In this document: positions 25,860 to 39,607 of the stretch, piece by piece
Numbering within the stretch: position 1 is the stretch's first letter
Layout of the letters: the number at the start of each line of letters is the position of its first letter
Assembly (NCBI RefSeq): GCF_036321535.1
Contig: NC_087438.1
Coordinates: 6,016,001 to 6,080,000 of the forward strand
Length of the DNA stretch: 64,000 bases
DNA from: Camelus dromedarius
Lineage: Eukaryota
Reading direction: 5' to 3'
Notes under the pieces: generated by a model
The model's database searches: none
The model's input: only the letters and a program-made list of their open reading frames with translations
What the model was told of the DNA's origin: nothing
Made by a program: the position numbers and the translations under genes

Positions 25860-26860
25860 CCGCTGGGAGGATGTACCATTGTTTACGCAACCAGGCTGCC
25901 AAACATGGACATATTCTTAATCGTGTTTGCTATTGCAAATAGTGCTGCAATAAACAGCTTTATCTTTAATATTCTGCCGGTGTCTCTTTGAGATAGATTA
26001 TTTTTAAAAGGTGTTGAAGATCACATGCTAAATTGTGCTTTATTTTCAAATACCTCTCTGATGGATAAATACTCAGAAGTGGGATTACCAGATCATATAG
26101 TAGGGTTTTTGTTTTTGTTTTTGGGGAATTTTCATACTGTTTACCACAGTGGCTGCACCATTTTACATTCGCACCAACAAAAGTGCAGAAGGGATCCAAT
26201 TTCTCCACAATCTCATCCACACTTTTTTTTTTTTTTTAAGTAGCCATCCTAACAGGTTGTAGCGTAAACCCTACCCAACCCTTGGGTTTTCTCTTTTCTT
26301 GTAGTGCCAGTGCCTGACTTCAGCTTTGATTGCCCTGGCATCTGCTTCAAAGACAGTTATCTCTAACAAACACATTCCCAGCCACATGACTAGGTGAAGA
26401 CTCAGGACTCCCCGCTAACTCCCCTCCTGCCGGCCCCTCTGTTTTAGAGATCTTCCTTAACTGACTGTAAGGGTCATTTGTTTTTAATCTTCCCATGCGT
26501 TCATTCCCACCCTTATACTGTAAATTCACCAATAAAGAGTGAGCCTCTGAGACTCCTAGCCCCCACCCTCAACCCCAGTAAAAGTGGAACCCCAGACGTC
26601 TCTCCCTCTCTCTACCAGATACCTCAATGAGTGGCCCCTGGTGTGCCCTGTAATTTCCAGGACCTGTGAGTAATAAAACGTTCTTTTCCCCCCAAACCTT
26701 CTTGATGGTTATTCCTGAAAGGGTCTTGCAATCATGATAAGAACCACAAGGGCCTGTCCAGCCACAACTCTGATTATTAATAATTTGAGACTGTCACAGA
26801 ACACAGGTGTGAGGTGTTAACCTCATTGTGGCTTTGAATTGCATTTCCCTGATAATTCGT
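25860..26860 (-). mobile_element. L1 3' ORF2 fragments, split by an LTR
   Basis: cagaagtgggattaccagatcatat...cagtggctgcaccattttacattc...tagccatcctaacaggt, resuming after the LTR as gtgaggtg..cctcattgtggctttgaattgcatttccctgat. Confidence 0.9.
26258..26803 (+). mobile_element. ERV solo LTR (546 bp) inserted in L1
   Basis: TG...CA termini, internal AATAAA, and a perfect 5-bp TSD CAGGT at 26253-26257 and 26804-26808. Confidence 0.92.
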
Positions 26861-27414
26861 GGTGCCTACATGTTCCCTAATAAAGCTGCTAAAATAAAAG
26901 TAAATACAAATTATAAGCTGTATAAACACATTTTCAAAGGTATAAGACTTGGCTGGCAGGATTAAACTGGTGGACAGAACAAGGTATTAAATGGAGAACC
27001 TCTTGATTTCTTTGCCATAGAAATTTCTAGCTGAGGGTTGGGCAGAGCATTCACCAGGCAAGGGGATTTTAGCAAGGGGCTTTAGAGTCTAATGTGTGTA
27101 ACCGTAAAGGCTCAGTTCCCATTTTTATTCTTAAGTAAAGAGCGTGGTATTTTCCTTCCTAATTTGTCAATGAAATTTCAGCACCTGTGGCTTCCCATGG
27201 AAACCCCTTATGGATTTTTTCTGTTTCTGAACTTGTTTAGAAGCCACGGGTATATCTGCAGAGACTCAGAGCTGGAAGGGAAGTTATTAGTCAGTAAGTC
27301 AAGAAGTATGACCAGTCTCTTCAAAGGAGAAAGTAGCAGTCTAGATGTTTTTGCAGTTTGCCGAGTTACAGGCTATGGATTTATGGAATAGAAATACGTC
27401 ACTGGAGTTCAAAA

Positions 27415-27618
27415 CAGTCGTCCCTCGGTATGCGGGGCCCGGAGAGGGGCAGTCCCAGGAGCCACCCCACCCCACCCCTGCACTCCCAGCCCTCGGTCCT
27501 ACATATCCGTGGGTTTCTATCCGAGGTTTCCACCAACCACAGGTCAAAATTTCTAAATTTACACCCCCAGTTGTTAAAATCCACAGATCTGAAATCCTTG
27601 GATGCAGAGGGCTGATTG
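27415..27618. mobile_element. TcMar-Tigger MITE (MER2/MER8-like ends)
   Basis: Terminal inverted repeats (TIRs) cagtcgtccctcggtatg and gatgcagagggctgattg, followed by TA. Confidence 0.8.
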
Positions 27619-28091
27619 TATTTAAACAAAACACAGGGAGAGATGGTTTCATGAGCCAGCATTTAAGAGATAATAAGAGCCTAACAGCAACAACAAAATA
27701 CACCAGCTAAGGAGGACTCGGTGCTACATGTTGGTGATTGCCTGGTGGATCCAGTCAGTGGTTTTCCCTACCACTTGGAAAATAATCTTACTAAATCTGG
27801 TTAGGGGATAATATGAGCATCTCATTTGTCTCAGAGAAATTTTTCAAGAAATAAACCAACATGCTTTAACATTATTGCAATAAGTGAAGTAAATCAGACA
27901 GCTTTGACCATGAGTGTTTCCCATGATTTTTTTTAACGTTTATTTACTTTTTAATCATTAAATACTTTGCCCTGGAAATAAATGTGTGTGTGTCTATGTC
28001 TGTACAATTTACTATATATGCTATTATTTATAGTTTTTATTCTCATTTGTGCATAAAGAGTTAAACCTTGTATTCAATACAATCATGATTT

Positions 28092-29018
28092 CACCGATTT
28101 ACATTCCCACTAAACCTTTATGTTTTTTCCCTTTTCTCCACATCCTCGCCAGCATTTGTTATTTGTGGTCTTATTGATGATGGTCATTCTGACATGTGTG
28201 AGGTGATATCTCACTTTGGTTTTGATTTGCATTTCCCTGATGATTAGCGGTGCTTAGCATCTTTTCATGTGCCCATTGGCCATCTGCATTTCCTCTTTGG
28301 AAAAATGTCTACTCAGTTCTTCTACTTATTTTGTAATTGGATTGTTTGCTTTTTTGATGTTAAGTTGTATGAGCTGTTCATATATGCTGGGTATTACTCC
28401 CTTATCCCAATGTAAATTGGTGTAGCCACTGTGGAGAACAGTATGGAGGTTTCTCAAAAAACTAAAAGTAGAACTACCATATGACCCAGTAATTCCACTC
28501 CTGGGCATATATCCCCAAAAAAACCTAGAAACACTAATTCAAAAGATATGTACACTCTAATGTTTATAGCAGCATTATTTATGATATGGAGCAAACTAAG
28601 GGTCCATCAACAGATGAATAGATAACAATGATGTCATATATATATATATATGTATAATAGAATACTACTCAGCCATAAAAAGGACGAAATTTTGCCATTT
28701 GCAGCAACATGGATGGACTTGGAGGGCATTATGCTAAGTGAAATAAATCAGACAGAGAAAGACAAATACTGTATGATATCAATTGTATGTGGAATCTAAA
28801 AAATATAACAAACTAGTGAATACAACAAAAAAGGAAGCAGATTCACAAATATAGAGAACAAACTAGTGGTTCTGGGGTGGGGGCAATACAGAGACGGGTA
28901 CTGGGTGTGAGGTAGGCTACAAGGATGTGCTGTACGACACGGAGAATGGAGCCAATGTTTTGTAATAACTGAATGACTGTAACCTTTAAAAGTTTATAAA
29001 AATTAGAAAAATTAAAAA
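28092..29018 (+). mobile_element. Relatively young 5'-inverted L1 with artiodactyl-type 3' UTR
   Basis: 28092-28406 is antisense L1 ORF2. 28409-29018 is the sense ORF2 end plus 3' UTR (ggacttggagggcattatgctaagtgaaataaatcagacagagaaagacaaatac...ggctacaaggatgtgctgtacgacacggagaat) and an A-rich tail. Confidence 0.93.
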
Positions 29019-29092
29019 TATCATTGTGGTTTCAATTAAAATCATAAATGCCACTTTTCACTTCACTGTTTGTTTAGACATCGATGACAAAT

Positions 29093-29564
29093 TGAAGTGA
29101 TAATAGAGTAATTAAAGTTCAGGCGTACAAACCTGGCAAGGGGCAGCCACTGAGGAACTGGTCTCAGACACGTCCCTGCACCGAGAACTTGAAATTTCTG
29201 TGAACTCAACCTAACTCAAGGACACCAGTGTTTTTAAAACAACACCTGCCATCTGCAACCTTGTGTCTCAAGGCTGTTTCCCCTTGTAACTATGCAACCA
29301 TTTCAGGCCCCAACTAATCCTTACTTAACAAGCGCCCTTGACCCCTTACCAGCTTCTATTATAATTCTTGATAAACAACTCACGTAACTAACTGTATGTG
29401 GTTTTTGCCTTTATAAGACTCTGCTCTTTTGTCATTTGGTGGAACACAATTCAAGTGCTTCCTGAATCTGTGTATCAAGCATGGGCTGTAGTCCTAACTA
29501 ATCCCAAATAAATGCCTCTTTATTTCAATCAGGTCTCCGTTTCTTTGGTGAATTTTGGTTAACA
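29093..29564 (+). mobile_element. ERV1-type solo LTR
   Basis: TG...ggttaaCA ends, TATA-like tttataag, AATAAA near the 3' end, and 4-bp flanks AAAT/AAAC. Left boundary less certain. Confidence 0.75.
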
Positions 29565-30649
29565 AAACAGAAAGACTTTATTTTCCAAAACTGGTTTTAT
29601 TCTGGCCACCTATATTTAATGGACTTAAAACATATATAAGAAGACCTAAGCCAGATGGAATTAATTTCAATATTTAACAATTTATTGTATCTATTTTTCT
29701 CACTTTTTCACTGACAATATTTGAAATAGCATGATTTTATGTATTACTTGAACTTTGGATTCTGTCCTACAGTAGGTGCGCAAAGTCAATATTGACAATA
29801 TTAGCAGCTACTAATTGGCTGGCTTTACATCTATATTGGTTCTGTCTGGAGAGTGTTTATATTTAAATCATGGGCAAGAAAACTTACAGATGTTTCTAAT
29901 ACATTAGCTTCTTTCTGATGGTAGCATTCTCCATTGTCACTGGTGTTGTTCCGTGATTGTGGTTATGGTTTCCACCACAACTTTTACAGGTTGTTGTGCC
30001 ACTGTGATTTATGGACAATCACTGGCTAAACCATGAAAATTCCATTTTTCATTACATGAGATGTTAATTTTAACTTTAATTTTACTTTCATTGCAATTTG
30101 GGTGTTTTTGTTATTATTGTTAGCAAGAATGACCTTTCCATTATAACAACTCAAAGGCAAGCATAATAAAATCATAGCTATAGCTAAGTTCCTTTAATTA
30201 ATTAGGACTTTAGTCTTTATCCATGCTCATAAGTAAATGTATTTTTCTGACATTTAACAAAGTGTAGGAGAAAACTTCCTGCTTTCTGTTAGATTTAAAT
30301 ACTTCAGTACATAACATTATGTTCAGTGACTATTCAGAAAATAATTTGGAATATTTTTTATGGCAGCTATTAATTGCATCTGAGAAAATTCTCTCCTGAA
30401 TTGATGTATTGGTGCTCAAAAATAGATAAGACATGGAGATGCTATGCCATTGCCCCACTAATGTTATCATTGCCATTATGGGATTCCTATTAGAACATCC
30501 TTTTGTATCCAAACTGATTTTCTGAGAAATACTGGTTTAAATACATAACATTTGATGCTTTCTTGTTGGACATCTTGCTCATTGTTTTTCTTCCCAGGAA
30601 GGCTGCTGGCTTGGAATTTCCGTGGCTTTTCTGTGTGACAGTCTTAGAC

Positions 30650-31177
30650 TTCCCTGTAAAGTCTTCAAGGCTCCTTGCACAAATGGCAGGGTGTAAATTT
30701 CTCTCCCCTTGAATGTGAACATTTGAAATGGAAAAAAAGGGAGTAAAATTAAAATTTTATTACTTCTGAGACAACGTTAGAAAAAGTGATACTATTTTTG
30801 CCTGGCACTCTCTTCAGATATGTGCCTTAGAAACCGTCAGCCAACTTGTAAGAAATCTTCCTGCTACTGTAGAGCCACCATGCTGGAGAGGAGTCACGGA
30901 GACGTCGTGAAGAGGACACACAGAAAGAGAAATGCCCCAGGCTTATAAGTGTGCAGATGTTTGAGTCTCAGCTCAACGCTCTGACATGTGTGGGAAAACC
31001 TTCAGATCATTCCTGTCCCCAGGTTTAAAGCTGTCCTACTCACTGCAAATTCAGAAGAAATGAGCCTGTCCCTTTCTGCCCTGTCCAAATTCCTGATCTG
31101 TAGAATCTGTAAACTTAAAAAATGGCAGCTATGTGCCAGTGAGTGTTCATTTGTTTTGCAGTTAGAGTAACTGAAAC
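30650..31177 (+). mobile_element. MaLR solo LTR (MLT1G/H-like)
   Basis: tctccccttgaatgtg...gagccaccatgctggagagg...gccctgtccaaattcctgatctgtagaatc...gagtaactgaaac. Confidence 0.8.
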
Positions 31178-32572
31178 CTCTCTAAAATATATTCTTAAAA
31201 AACCTGATGAATCCATTTATATCACAGGTTCCTTCAGCTGCTCTTTCTCTGTCCCATATCTTAATTTAAATCAATTTGCTCATCAGTAACAGAGTATAAA
31301 GCACATACCTGAACAATAAAATAACTAAATTCTGTTTTAGAAGCGTAATCTTTCCTATACTTGGAACGTGTTTAATTCTCATAAAATATAACTTTTATTT
31401 ACATTTTTAAAAATATTATGTCTTTCTTTTACAGAAAGTAATTATTTGTGTTGGGAGAAAGCTCAGAAGTATTTTCTAGGAGACACATTTTATAAGCAAA
31501 TCACTGAGACTCCTTCTCTCTAAGTTTATCATTCATTATCCGGATGGGTGAAATTGTTGAGCAATGAGTATCCAGTGCTGGTGAACATTTACAAAGATGG
31601 GGAATGAGAGAGAGCAAAGGCTAATGAAGGATATTTCAGTGGAATTGCATGAGAACCAGTAGTTTGAAGGACTGATGAGACAGGGAAGATAAAGATAGTG
31701 AGCAGAGCTAATTCAAGATTTTAGCTGTGAAGCTGAGAAGAGGTATAAAGCCACAATTTCTAGCAAACATGGAACCGAAGGAAGGTGTTGATTTTACTTT
31801 CTGCTCTTTTTAAGATGACAAATACTTGAGCATGTTTAAATTCTTTATTGAGGGATTCAATGGAGAGAAAGATTGTCAAGACAGGTTTGCGTAAAGACAG
31901 AAAAGAGATCAAAGTCCCTAACCTACTGAGCTCACAGGAAAGAATTTCTTTAGAGATGAATAAAGGGTATCCCCGTATTTAAGATAAAAATAAAATAAAA
32001 CAGTATTAATTGTGAAATAGAATATTAAACTTAATTTGCCAAAAATAGGAATCCTAAAGCCTTGACAGGATGAAAAGACAGAGAATAATCTAGAAAAAGA
32101 TTTCTGCATTTAGGGACTTGCACTAGGATACTAAGGAGTGTGAGTTCTAGTGAAAGAAAGGATAGGGAAATGCTCCCATTTCTAGCTCTTCTGAAAGAAG
32201 ACAAAAGAATTACGAATATTTGAGGATGACATCCTCTCCAGTTAACCCGAGGCTTCTGCCAGAGATGTCCGTCAGATGGCCCGCTTCCTTTTCTCCTCCT
32301 GAAAGAAGCAAAAAAGGATATCTTCATATTTTTGGGGGAATGAAAACCCTCAATTTTAGGAATATAGTACATTACTATCTTGATAATGCTTAGTATTTCT
32401 TTAACATGATGTCAATGAACAAACCTTCTAAACATGATGACATTTGCCAATACCTTTTAGTTAAGGTATATATAAAGAAGCTACACTAAGTTTCACACTT
32501 TAGGTCGTCCACTTTACAGCGGCAAAAATGTATATTCTGTGTATGTATCCATGAATCTATGAACAAAGATAA

Positions 32573-32576
32573 TATG

Positions 32577-32622
<46 letters not shown>

Positions 32623-32624
32623 CA
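32573..32624. repeat. (TA)n(CA)n microsatellite
   Basis: Directly visible interrupted TA run followed by a short CA run. Confidence 0.95.
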
Positions 32625-33564
32625 ACATTTTCACTTACATTCAGTTGTTTCGACAAGTAAAGTTATGGGTTAGTTTAAAATTTCAAAAAAGAAGTTTGTG
32701 GTTAGTGAAGAAGTGCTATCACACAGTGACCTTTTGGGGCCATTTCTATTGCACGTAGGTGTTTAGGTAGTATATTTCCCAAACAGACTAGTTCTACCTC
32801 AAAAATGTTATGGAATAAATGAGATTCAGAAACATCTTACTGTCTTTGCTATTTGTAAAGTTATTGTGTTGGTTGGTTAAAACCTCCAGCCCTAACATTA
32901 AAAAAAAAAAAAAAAGCATGAAAAAACATTTATGTGACTCTAATTTGGAAATATCCTTGAATTTCATCAACTTGCATTGTGCTGTGGAAGTAACCCCCAG
33001 CTCCACTAAATATTATTTAGACATTAGTGTTTAAAAAACTTTTTTTTATCTAGGAAGTCCTTCATTATTTTTTAAGCATAAATCAAATAACTCCAGTATT
33101 TTTTCTTTTGGACTTTATTATTATTACATTTTATTTCTTAATATCATTCTGAGTTTTTGAATTCCTACTAAAATTCCTAACTATAGGCAATTTGTGGAAG
33201 TACAACTATAGTTACTAGTATTTATCTGTCCATACCCCACCCCAACAACACACAATACACAAGGAATAAAACAAAGACGAGATGTAGAAAGCTGTCAAGG
33301 AAGGAGCTCAAGTTGAAAGGACAAGGCTGAAAGGGCCAGAAGTTGAGCAGTTCCTGGACACATGTGGTCTAGTAAAGGCAGGATAGAAAACTATGGGAAC
33401 AAGACTAATGGCTGTTATTTGAGAGCTGAGGACTAGTATCTCACTTCTGAGTGCAAAAGGTAGCCAATCAGTCTAAGGGGACAAGATAGAAAGGGTTCAC
33501 CTGCCATTAGGGATTGATATTTTTGGAAAAGCTGTAGGCTTTTCAACTAATTGATTGTTGCAAT

Positions 33565-33630
33565 CAGCAAATCACTCAACCCTTTGAGGTTCACTTTTTC
33601 ATCTGTAGAATGCATGGGATTGGTGAAACA
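33565..33630 (+). mobile_element. MIR core fragment
   Basis: gcaaatcactcaaccctttgaggttcactttttcatctgtagaatg. Confidence 0.65.
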
Positions 33631-33854
33631 TTTTAGGGGTTCCTAGCAAGTATAAAATGCCAAGGCAAGAGTACAGAATAGAGAAGGGCAAACAGCAGGC
33701 TTAGAAACAAATTCTGCTCTGCCTGCTTCTTCCTCAATATCATTTGCATGTGGTATTCTTTATATATTTTGTAAAATATATAAATAATAAAAATATAGAA
33801 ATACACAAAAATAACTTCACAAATACACTTATATATGTATAAATATTTGACTTA

Positions 33855-35345
33855 CAGAAATTTTGTTTGGAATATTTGCCTCTATGTTCATTGGTTAATA
33901 GTCTTCATGTAATTTCTTTTTTGGTTTTGGTATCAGTATATTAGGCTCCATATAATGAGTTGAGAAGTATTCCCTCCTTTTCAATTTTCTGGAACAGTTC
34001 GTACAGATTTGGTTTTATTTCTTCATTCGGTGTTTCTCAGAATTCTCATTGAGGCCATCTGGATCTGCTGTTTACTTCATGGGAACGATTTTAACTATAA
34101 ATTCAATTCTTTTGATAGAGTTCTACTCAATTTTTTTATTCTTGAATAGGTTTGGTCATTTATTTATTTTATGTAATTGTTCAATTTTATCTAAGTTATC
34201 AAATTTGTTGTCACAAAATTAATCATAATATTTCCTTATTATTCTTTCAATATTTAAAGCCTTTGCAGTGATGTCCTCTCCTTATTGAATGTTTTGATAA
34301 TTTTTATCTTCTCTTTTTTCCCTACTCTGTCTGGCTAGAAGTTTGTCAATTTTATTGATCTTCTTAAAGGACCAGATTTTTATTTTGTTGAAAACTCATT
34401 TTGTTTTGCTATTATCTATTTCATTATTTGCTCTTTTTAGCTTTATTATGTTTTCTGCTTACTTGCGTTTGATTTGATATTATTTTTCTAGTTTCTTAAA
34501 GTAAAATCTGAGTTCGTAGATTTTATACCCTTTTTAATAAAGTTTATTACTATAAAATTCCCTATATATACTGCTTTAGCTATATCTCACAAGTTCTGTA
34601 TGTTGTATTTTAATTTTCTTTCACACACAAAATCAGTGATTTTCCTTCTGATTCCTTTTTGCCTGATGTATTATTCAAAAGCATATTGTTTAGTTTCAAA
34701 ATGTTTGGGGATACTTCTCAGATATCTTTCTGTTAGTATTTTACAACTTAATTTCATTTGGGTCATAAAACATATTTTGAATCATTGAAATTCTTAGAAA
34801 TTTACTGATGCTTGGTAATATGGTTCACAATAGGATCCACAAAGTTTGCCTTCTGTGTCTAAAGATTCTCCATCTGCTGATTCAACCAACTTCAGATTGA
34901 AAATATTCAGAAAAAATATCCTAGAAATTTCAAAAATCAAAACTTGAATTTGCCACATGCTGGCAACAATTTACACAGCATTTATATTGTATTTACAACT
35001 ATTTACATCACATACATATTGTATTAGGTATAATACACAATCTAGACATGATTTAAAGCATATAGGAGCATGTGCATAGGCTATATGCAAACATTCCAGC
35101 ATTTTACATAAGGGACTTGAGCACCCATGGGTACCAAGGGATGGCTGTGTTGGAAAATGTTCTGTGTTCACTAAGACTGTGTGTTCTGATGTTGTGTGGA
35201 GTGTTCTAGAAATGTCAATCGGATCAAGTTTGTTTCACTTTAAGTCTTCTCTGTACTTGCTGATTTTCTGTCTATCTGTTCTATCAAGTACTGGGGACTG
35301 GGCCGCCAAGTCTCCAACCATAACTGTGGATTTGTCTCTGTCTCT
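33855..35345 (-). mobile_element. Old L1 ORF2 (endonuclease to mid-ORF2), interrupted by MER2B
   Basis: T-rich antisense L1 (aatgagttgagaagtattccctcc; tttgtcaattttattgatcttc). The end reads on the minus strand as DKSTVMVGD, compared with the L1 endonuclease motif D.STIIVGDFN. Confidence 0.88.
34843..35147 (-). mobile_element. MER2B-like Tigger MITE
   Basis: gattcaaccaacttcagattgaaaatattcag...aaaacttgaatttgcc...tgtgcataggctatatgcaaa...ataagggacttgagca...taccaagggatggctg. Confidence 0.88.
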
Positions 35346-38300
35346 GTAACTGGGGGCATGGCATAAATTACTGTGTCATCTTGTTGATTAGACATCTGAG
35401 GGTAATCAGAGAAAGTAAACAAAAATCTGTTATCTCAATTGCCCTTGAATGAAGTTAAGCATATTTAAAAGGAAATTGTTTTTTTCTGTTTAAGACACTG
35501 TTGAGTTTATGCAGGCAAATTAGTGATTTAAAGTATAAAAGATGGAGCAGCAATTTAAGTTCTTGGGGGGAAGCCCAGAGGTCAGACGGACGAGTCAGCA
35601 CACTGGGCAGGGCTTTGCTGAGAGAAGGGACAGAGAGGTTGGCTACCCAGTGGCAGGGTGACCAAAATGGCACCTTGCAGAGTTGAATGTCTAAGATGGG
35701 ACTGGTACTTTCTGTGGCATATCTGGCATAAATCCTTCCTATAAATGACCCACAAAAGCTTCATTAAAGTCTGCTGTTATACAGTGCTCTCTGTTGAAAC
35801 AGCATCTTTTTGCTCAATTCAGAACAGTTTTGGGTTTCAAGACTGAGTCACCATAATGTGAGGCCCAACGACCGACAAAATGCAAGAACACTGGGCCAGT
35901 GTGGCCATCAAAATGGGGGTGCCTGAGAGTCTGAGAGAATTTAGAATGCTTTATTTAGACTCTTTCAAAACATGGAATTTAGAGCTGAAGGTATTCACAC
36001 ATATCCTAGCTGGAAGAAAAAATTGTAGCAAAATAAAGAATTTTAAATCATTAAATATACTAGATTTACCCTTTTCAGAAGTGAGTACAAGGGAAATAAG
36101 TCCTAAATTTAAAAATCAAAAAAATGTACTGCCTCTTATACTCACTATAGGAAATCCCAATGGTGAGGCATATCATTGCAACTTTGGATAACCTGCCATT
36201 CGTCTATGGTTAGACGTTTTCTGGTTATAGTTTTGAGAACCACAATATGTAGGCTTACACATTTGTTGACATCAGAGGCTCTACACATATGTTTATAATG
36301 AGTCATATAATCATCTGAAGGAGATTTACATTAGCTGAAGAACCCTTAGAGTCTTTATTTACATGGTTTGAGTTTTGTTTACAGTTTTCCATATGCCCAG
36401 ACTTCAACAATCTGTCACACAGATTAGAAAAAAATCACTTGCAATCACCCAAATTTGCTTCAGCATAAAGAACATATATCTAGAAATGTTTGAAGATAAT
36501 TAAAATGAAAACCAGCAATTTAGAGCACACTGAGTATGAATTAAAGTATGCTATCTGCTTTAATTGTGGTTTTTTTTTTTTTTTTTGAGGAACAGATGGG
36601 CACTTTTCTAAAAAAGTCAATAGTATTTACTGATCTACAGGGTTTTTGAGTCATTCAGTCCAACATGTAAAGGTAGTGGTAGAGAAAAATGGGAGTGAGT
36701 GTGTTGTCAGCAGTGAAATGCTCCCCTCCCAAGATGGAATATCCTCAGAATAAATGTTGAAAAGTAAGTAATAGCTTCTAAAAAGTTAATTTAAAGAAAC
36801 CTTGAAAAGCTCAAAAATTCAAAAGCCATGCTTCATTCAACCTGTGGAATTGGGTCTAGGTCTGCACAATAAAAATTTACTTTATTTGAAATGTACAAAG
36901 AAGTTTAAATCCTGTATTATACAGGGTTCCTAGGCTTTGCCTTCCTTTCTTCCACACTTGCCTGTGTTGCTGATACTCTTGTTGATTGAGATGACTCAGC
37001 AAAAGAGAGGTGCCTTTTTGCTAACCAGCACTCCATCACTCTATCCCAGAGATGCAGGGACAAAAATCTTGGGCTTGCCAATAACCAGTTAGCAATTGTA
37101 GCTTTTATTCAAGAGTCTCAGACAACAGACACATGGAGCCAGATGGATTCGGCTAGAAGGTGGACAATTTAAGGATTACAGAGCTTCCAACTTGAAGTGA
37201 CAAGATAAGTGCCATATGCAGAGGTAGGGTTTACTTGGTTCATTCATTCTTCCCCATTAAACTCCAGCACAGACCTAAGACACATGTTACAAGCCACTTG
37301 CTTCAATTTTTTTTTTTTTTTAGTAGAATAGAATATTCTATCATCTCAAGATCTTGGAATAAAAACCACTGTTGCCCTTGTGTATTAATAACACTCTCAA
37401 GATTTTGTCAAATTACTTTGACAGTGTTTAAGAAATATATCAAAATAAGCTTGAATTCATCTTAACAGTGCAAAATTAAACCCAAAAGACAGTATGTGAG
37501 TAGACATCTGTCGACAGAAGCAATTTGAAGAGATTGAATTTATATATATAAATATATAGCAATACATGAATATATAATTTATTTGGGCTCTCATATATTA
37601 ATCTTGTTTCCACGGGAGAACTAAGACAAAGTTCACATAAGACCTTTCACAACTGGCACATCTATCTTCAAACTTGAATGTCTTTCTTGTACTTTCTTGT
37701 GTGCTTTCTAGTATACATATAATAAATTACTTTTCCCAAAGTGTTTCAGTCATAGGTATGTAATTAGAGTGGAACAAATTGCAGTGGTCATTTAGTAAAA
37801 TGATGAATTGATCAGAACCAAAAAGAGGCAGAAAACTTAACATTAAGACTATGATGAATGGGTGAATGATGGTAAGACTAGTCTGTGAGATGTAACTCGA
37901 GAAGAACTCTCCTTCCATACTCAAAGCAATAAACTTTTCATGGTGGAACTGGAGATACACCTAAGAGGAAGGGAGATAATTTGTGATTTTCAATATAGAA
38001 TGCCAAGTACTTCAATTTATGGCAAAATCACTTTCCTCCCCCAAAAAGAGCACTTTTATTCTCTCAAAAAAAAGCAAATTCCAAAAATTTTGAAAATCTT
38101 ACCCTTTATCTTATTTTTTTTTCAGGAAATTACTTTTTGTCTCTACAGCAAAGTGACATTCCTCAGATTCTTATTTCACTTCTCTATTATCTTTAAAGTT
38201 TTAAAATTGATTAAATTCTTCCCCACCTAACACACAACTTTGTTGATCCTATACCATTAAATCACTTTTAGTTTTATCCAGTGGAAACCATATTATTTTA

Positions 38301-38739
38301 AAAAATAAACTTATACTACAAATTTCAAATGTATTGTGACTTAAAAAATCTAGGATAGTGAGGATGACTGCAAAAGGGCAAAGTATTATTTTAAAAGTAA
38401 TCATTAATTAAAATCTCAAATTACGTTTCTGATATTGACTCATAGACTGTTGTTAAATGCATTGGAAAAATCTAGAAAAAATGTTCTAGATGTTCTAGAA
38501 AAAAATCTAAGCAAAAATTAAGGGCCCCTGAAAATAGTTTAGCCTAAAAATATCAAAGGCCCTAAAATATTGACATATTCTGCTTTTTTTTTTTTGTATT
38601 TTTACCTTCACTCACTCTCTCTTACTAACACTAGTTACATCAGTTCACCACTGATTCATCAAAGTTCATGAAGCCAGTACCCCCATAGCTAATTTCTACG
38701 ACCTAGTGATCAACTTAGCCTATAAGGATGCATGTGTTA

Positions 38740-38835
38740 ATAACTCAGAAACATTTATTGACTTTCCAATATGTGCAAATTATTAAGAAAGATACAAGGA
38801 AGAATAAGAACCCTTCCTTGCCCTCATGTAATTTG
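38740..38835 (-). mobile_element. L2 3' tail fragment
   Basis: cagaaacatttattgactttccaatatgtgcaa...gatacaaggaagaataaga...ccttgccctca. Confidence 0.65.
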
Positions 38836-38899
38836 AAATGGTGGTGGTGGTGGTAGTAATGGATAGCAATGTTATATGTAATTCAATTTTAGTCTAAAG

Positions 38900-39076
38900 G
38901 ATGGCTTGGCAAACTTTTTCTGAAAAGGGCTAGATAGTATCTATTTCAACTGTGAGTCACATCCAGCATCCATTGCAACTACTCCACTCTGTCACAGTAG
39001 CGTGAAAGCAGTTACAGACAATGTATAAACCAAGCGGCATGGCTAGATTCAGCCCTTGGAACGTAGTTTGCCTTGT
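38900..39076 (+). mobile_element. MER58A (hAT-Charlie MITE)
   Basis: ttggcaaactttttctgaaaagggctagatagt...gcaactactccactctg...gtgaaagcag...gtagtttgcc. Degenerate 8-bp TSD gtctaaag/gtctaaca. Confidence 0.9.
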
Positions 39077-39607
39077 GTCTAACACCAATAGTACCTTCTT
39101 CTGGAACTAAGATAAGACTCAAGATGATTCAATCAATCTTTTACTTATACCTACTTTAAACTATAAAACTACAGGTAAAATTATCTGTAGAAGTGACAGA
39201 TTACTAAAGTTTAATATTTGAAAATAAATCCTAACTTAATATATTTTTTATTCATTATTGATTAAAATTGCTACAAATAAACCCATGTAAATGCAGTGAA
39301 TGTGAGCTCAATGTCTGTGATTGAATAAAAGTCAAAATTAATCAGCTTTAAAAAAATAGAAATATAGACCCAATTTCACTCTAATTTCTTTCCTTTTGCT
39401 GTTTTTTCCTGTGTTTAATACATCAAGAAAAGAAAATTATTTTCACATTTAGATTATTCACATACTTAATTACATCTAAATATAGATAACTTTTACATAA
39501 TCCTCTAGAGATATTAAAAATGTCACAGTACACCACCATTTCTCATAGTTTACCCTATTAGAGATATAACAAATATTTAAAAAGCAATTCAATAAAAGTA
39601 ATTTTAG

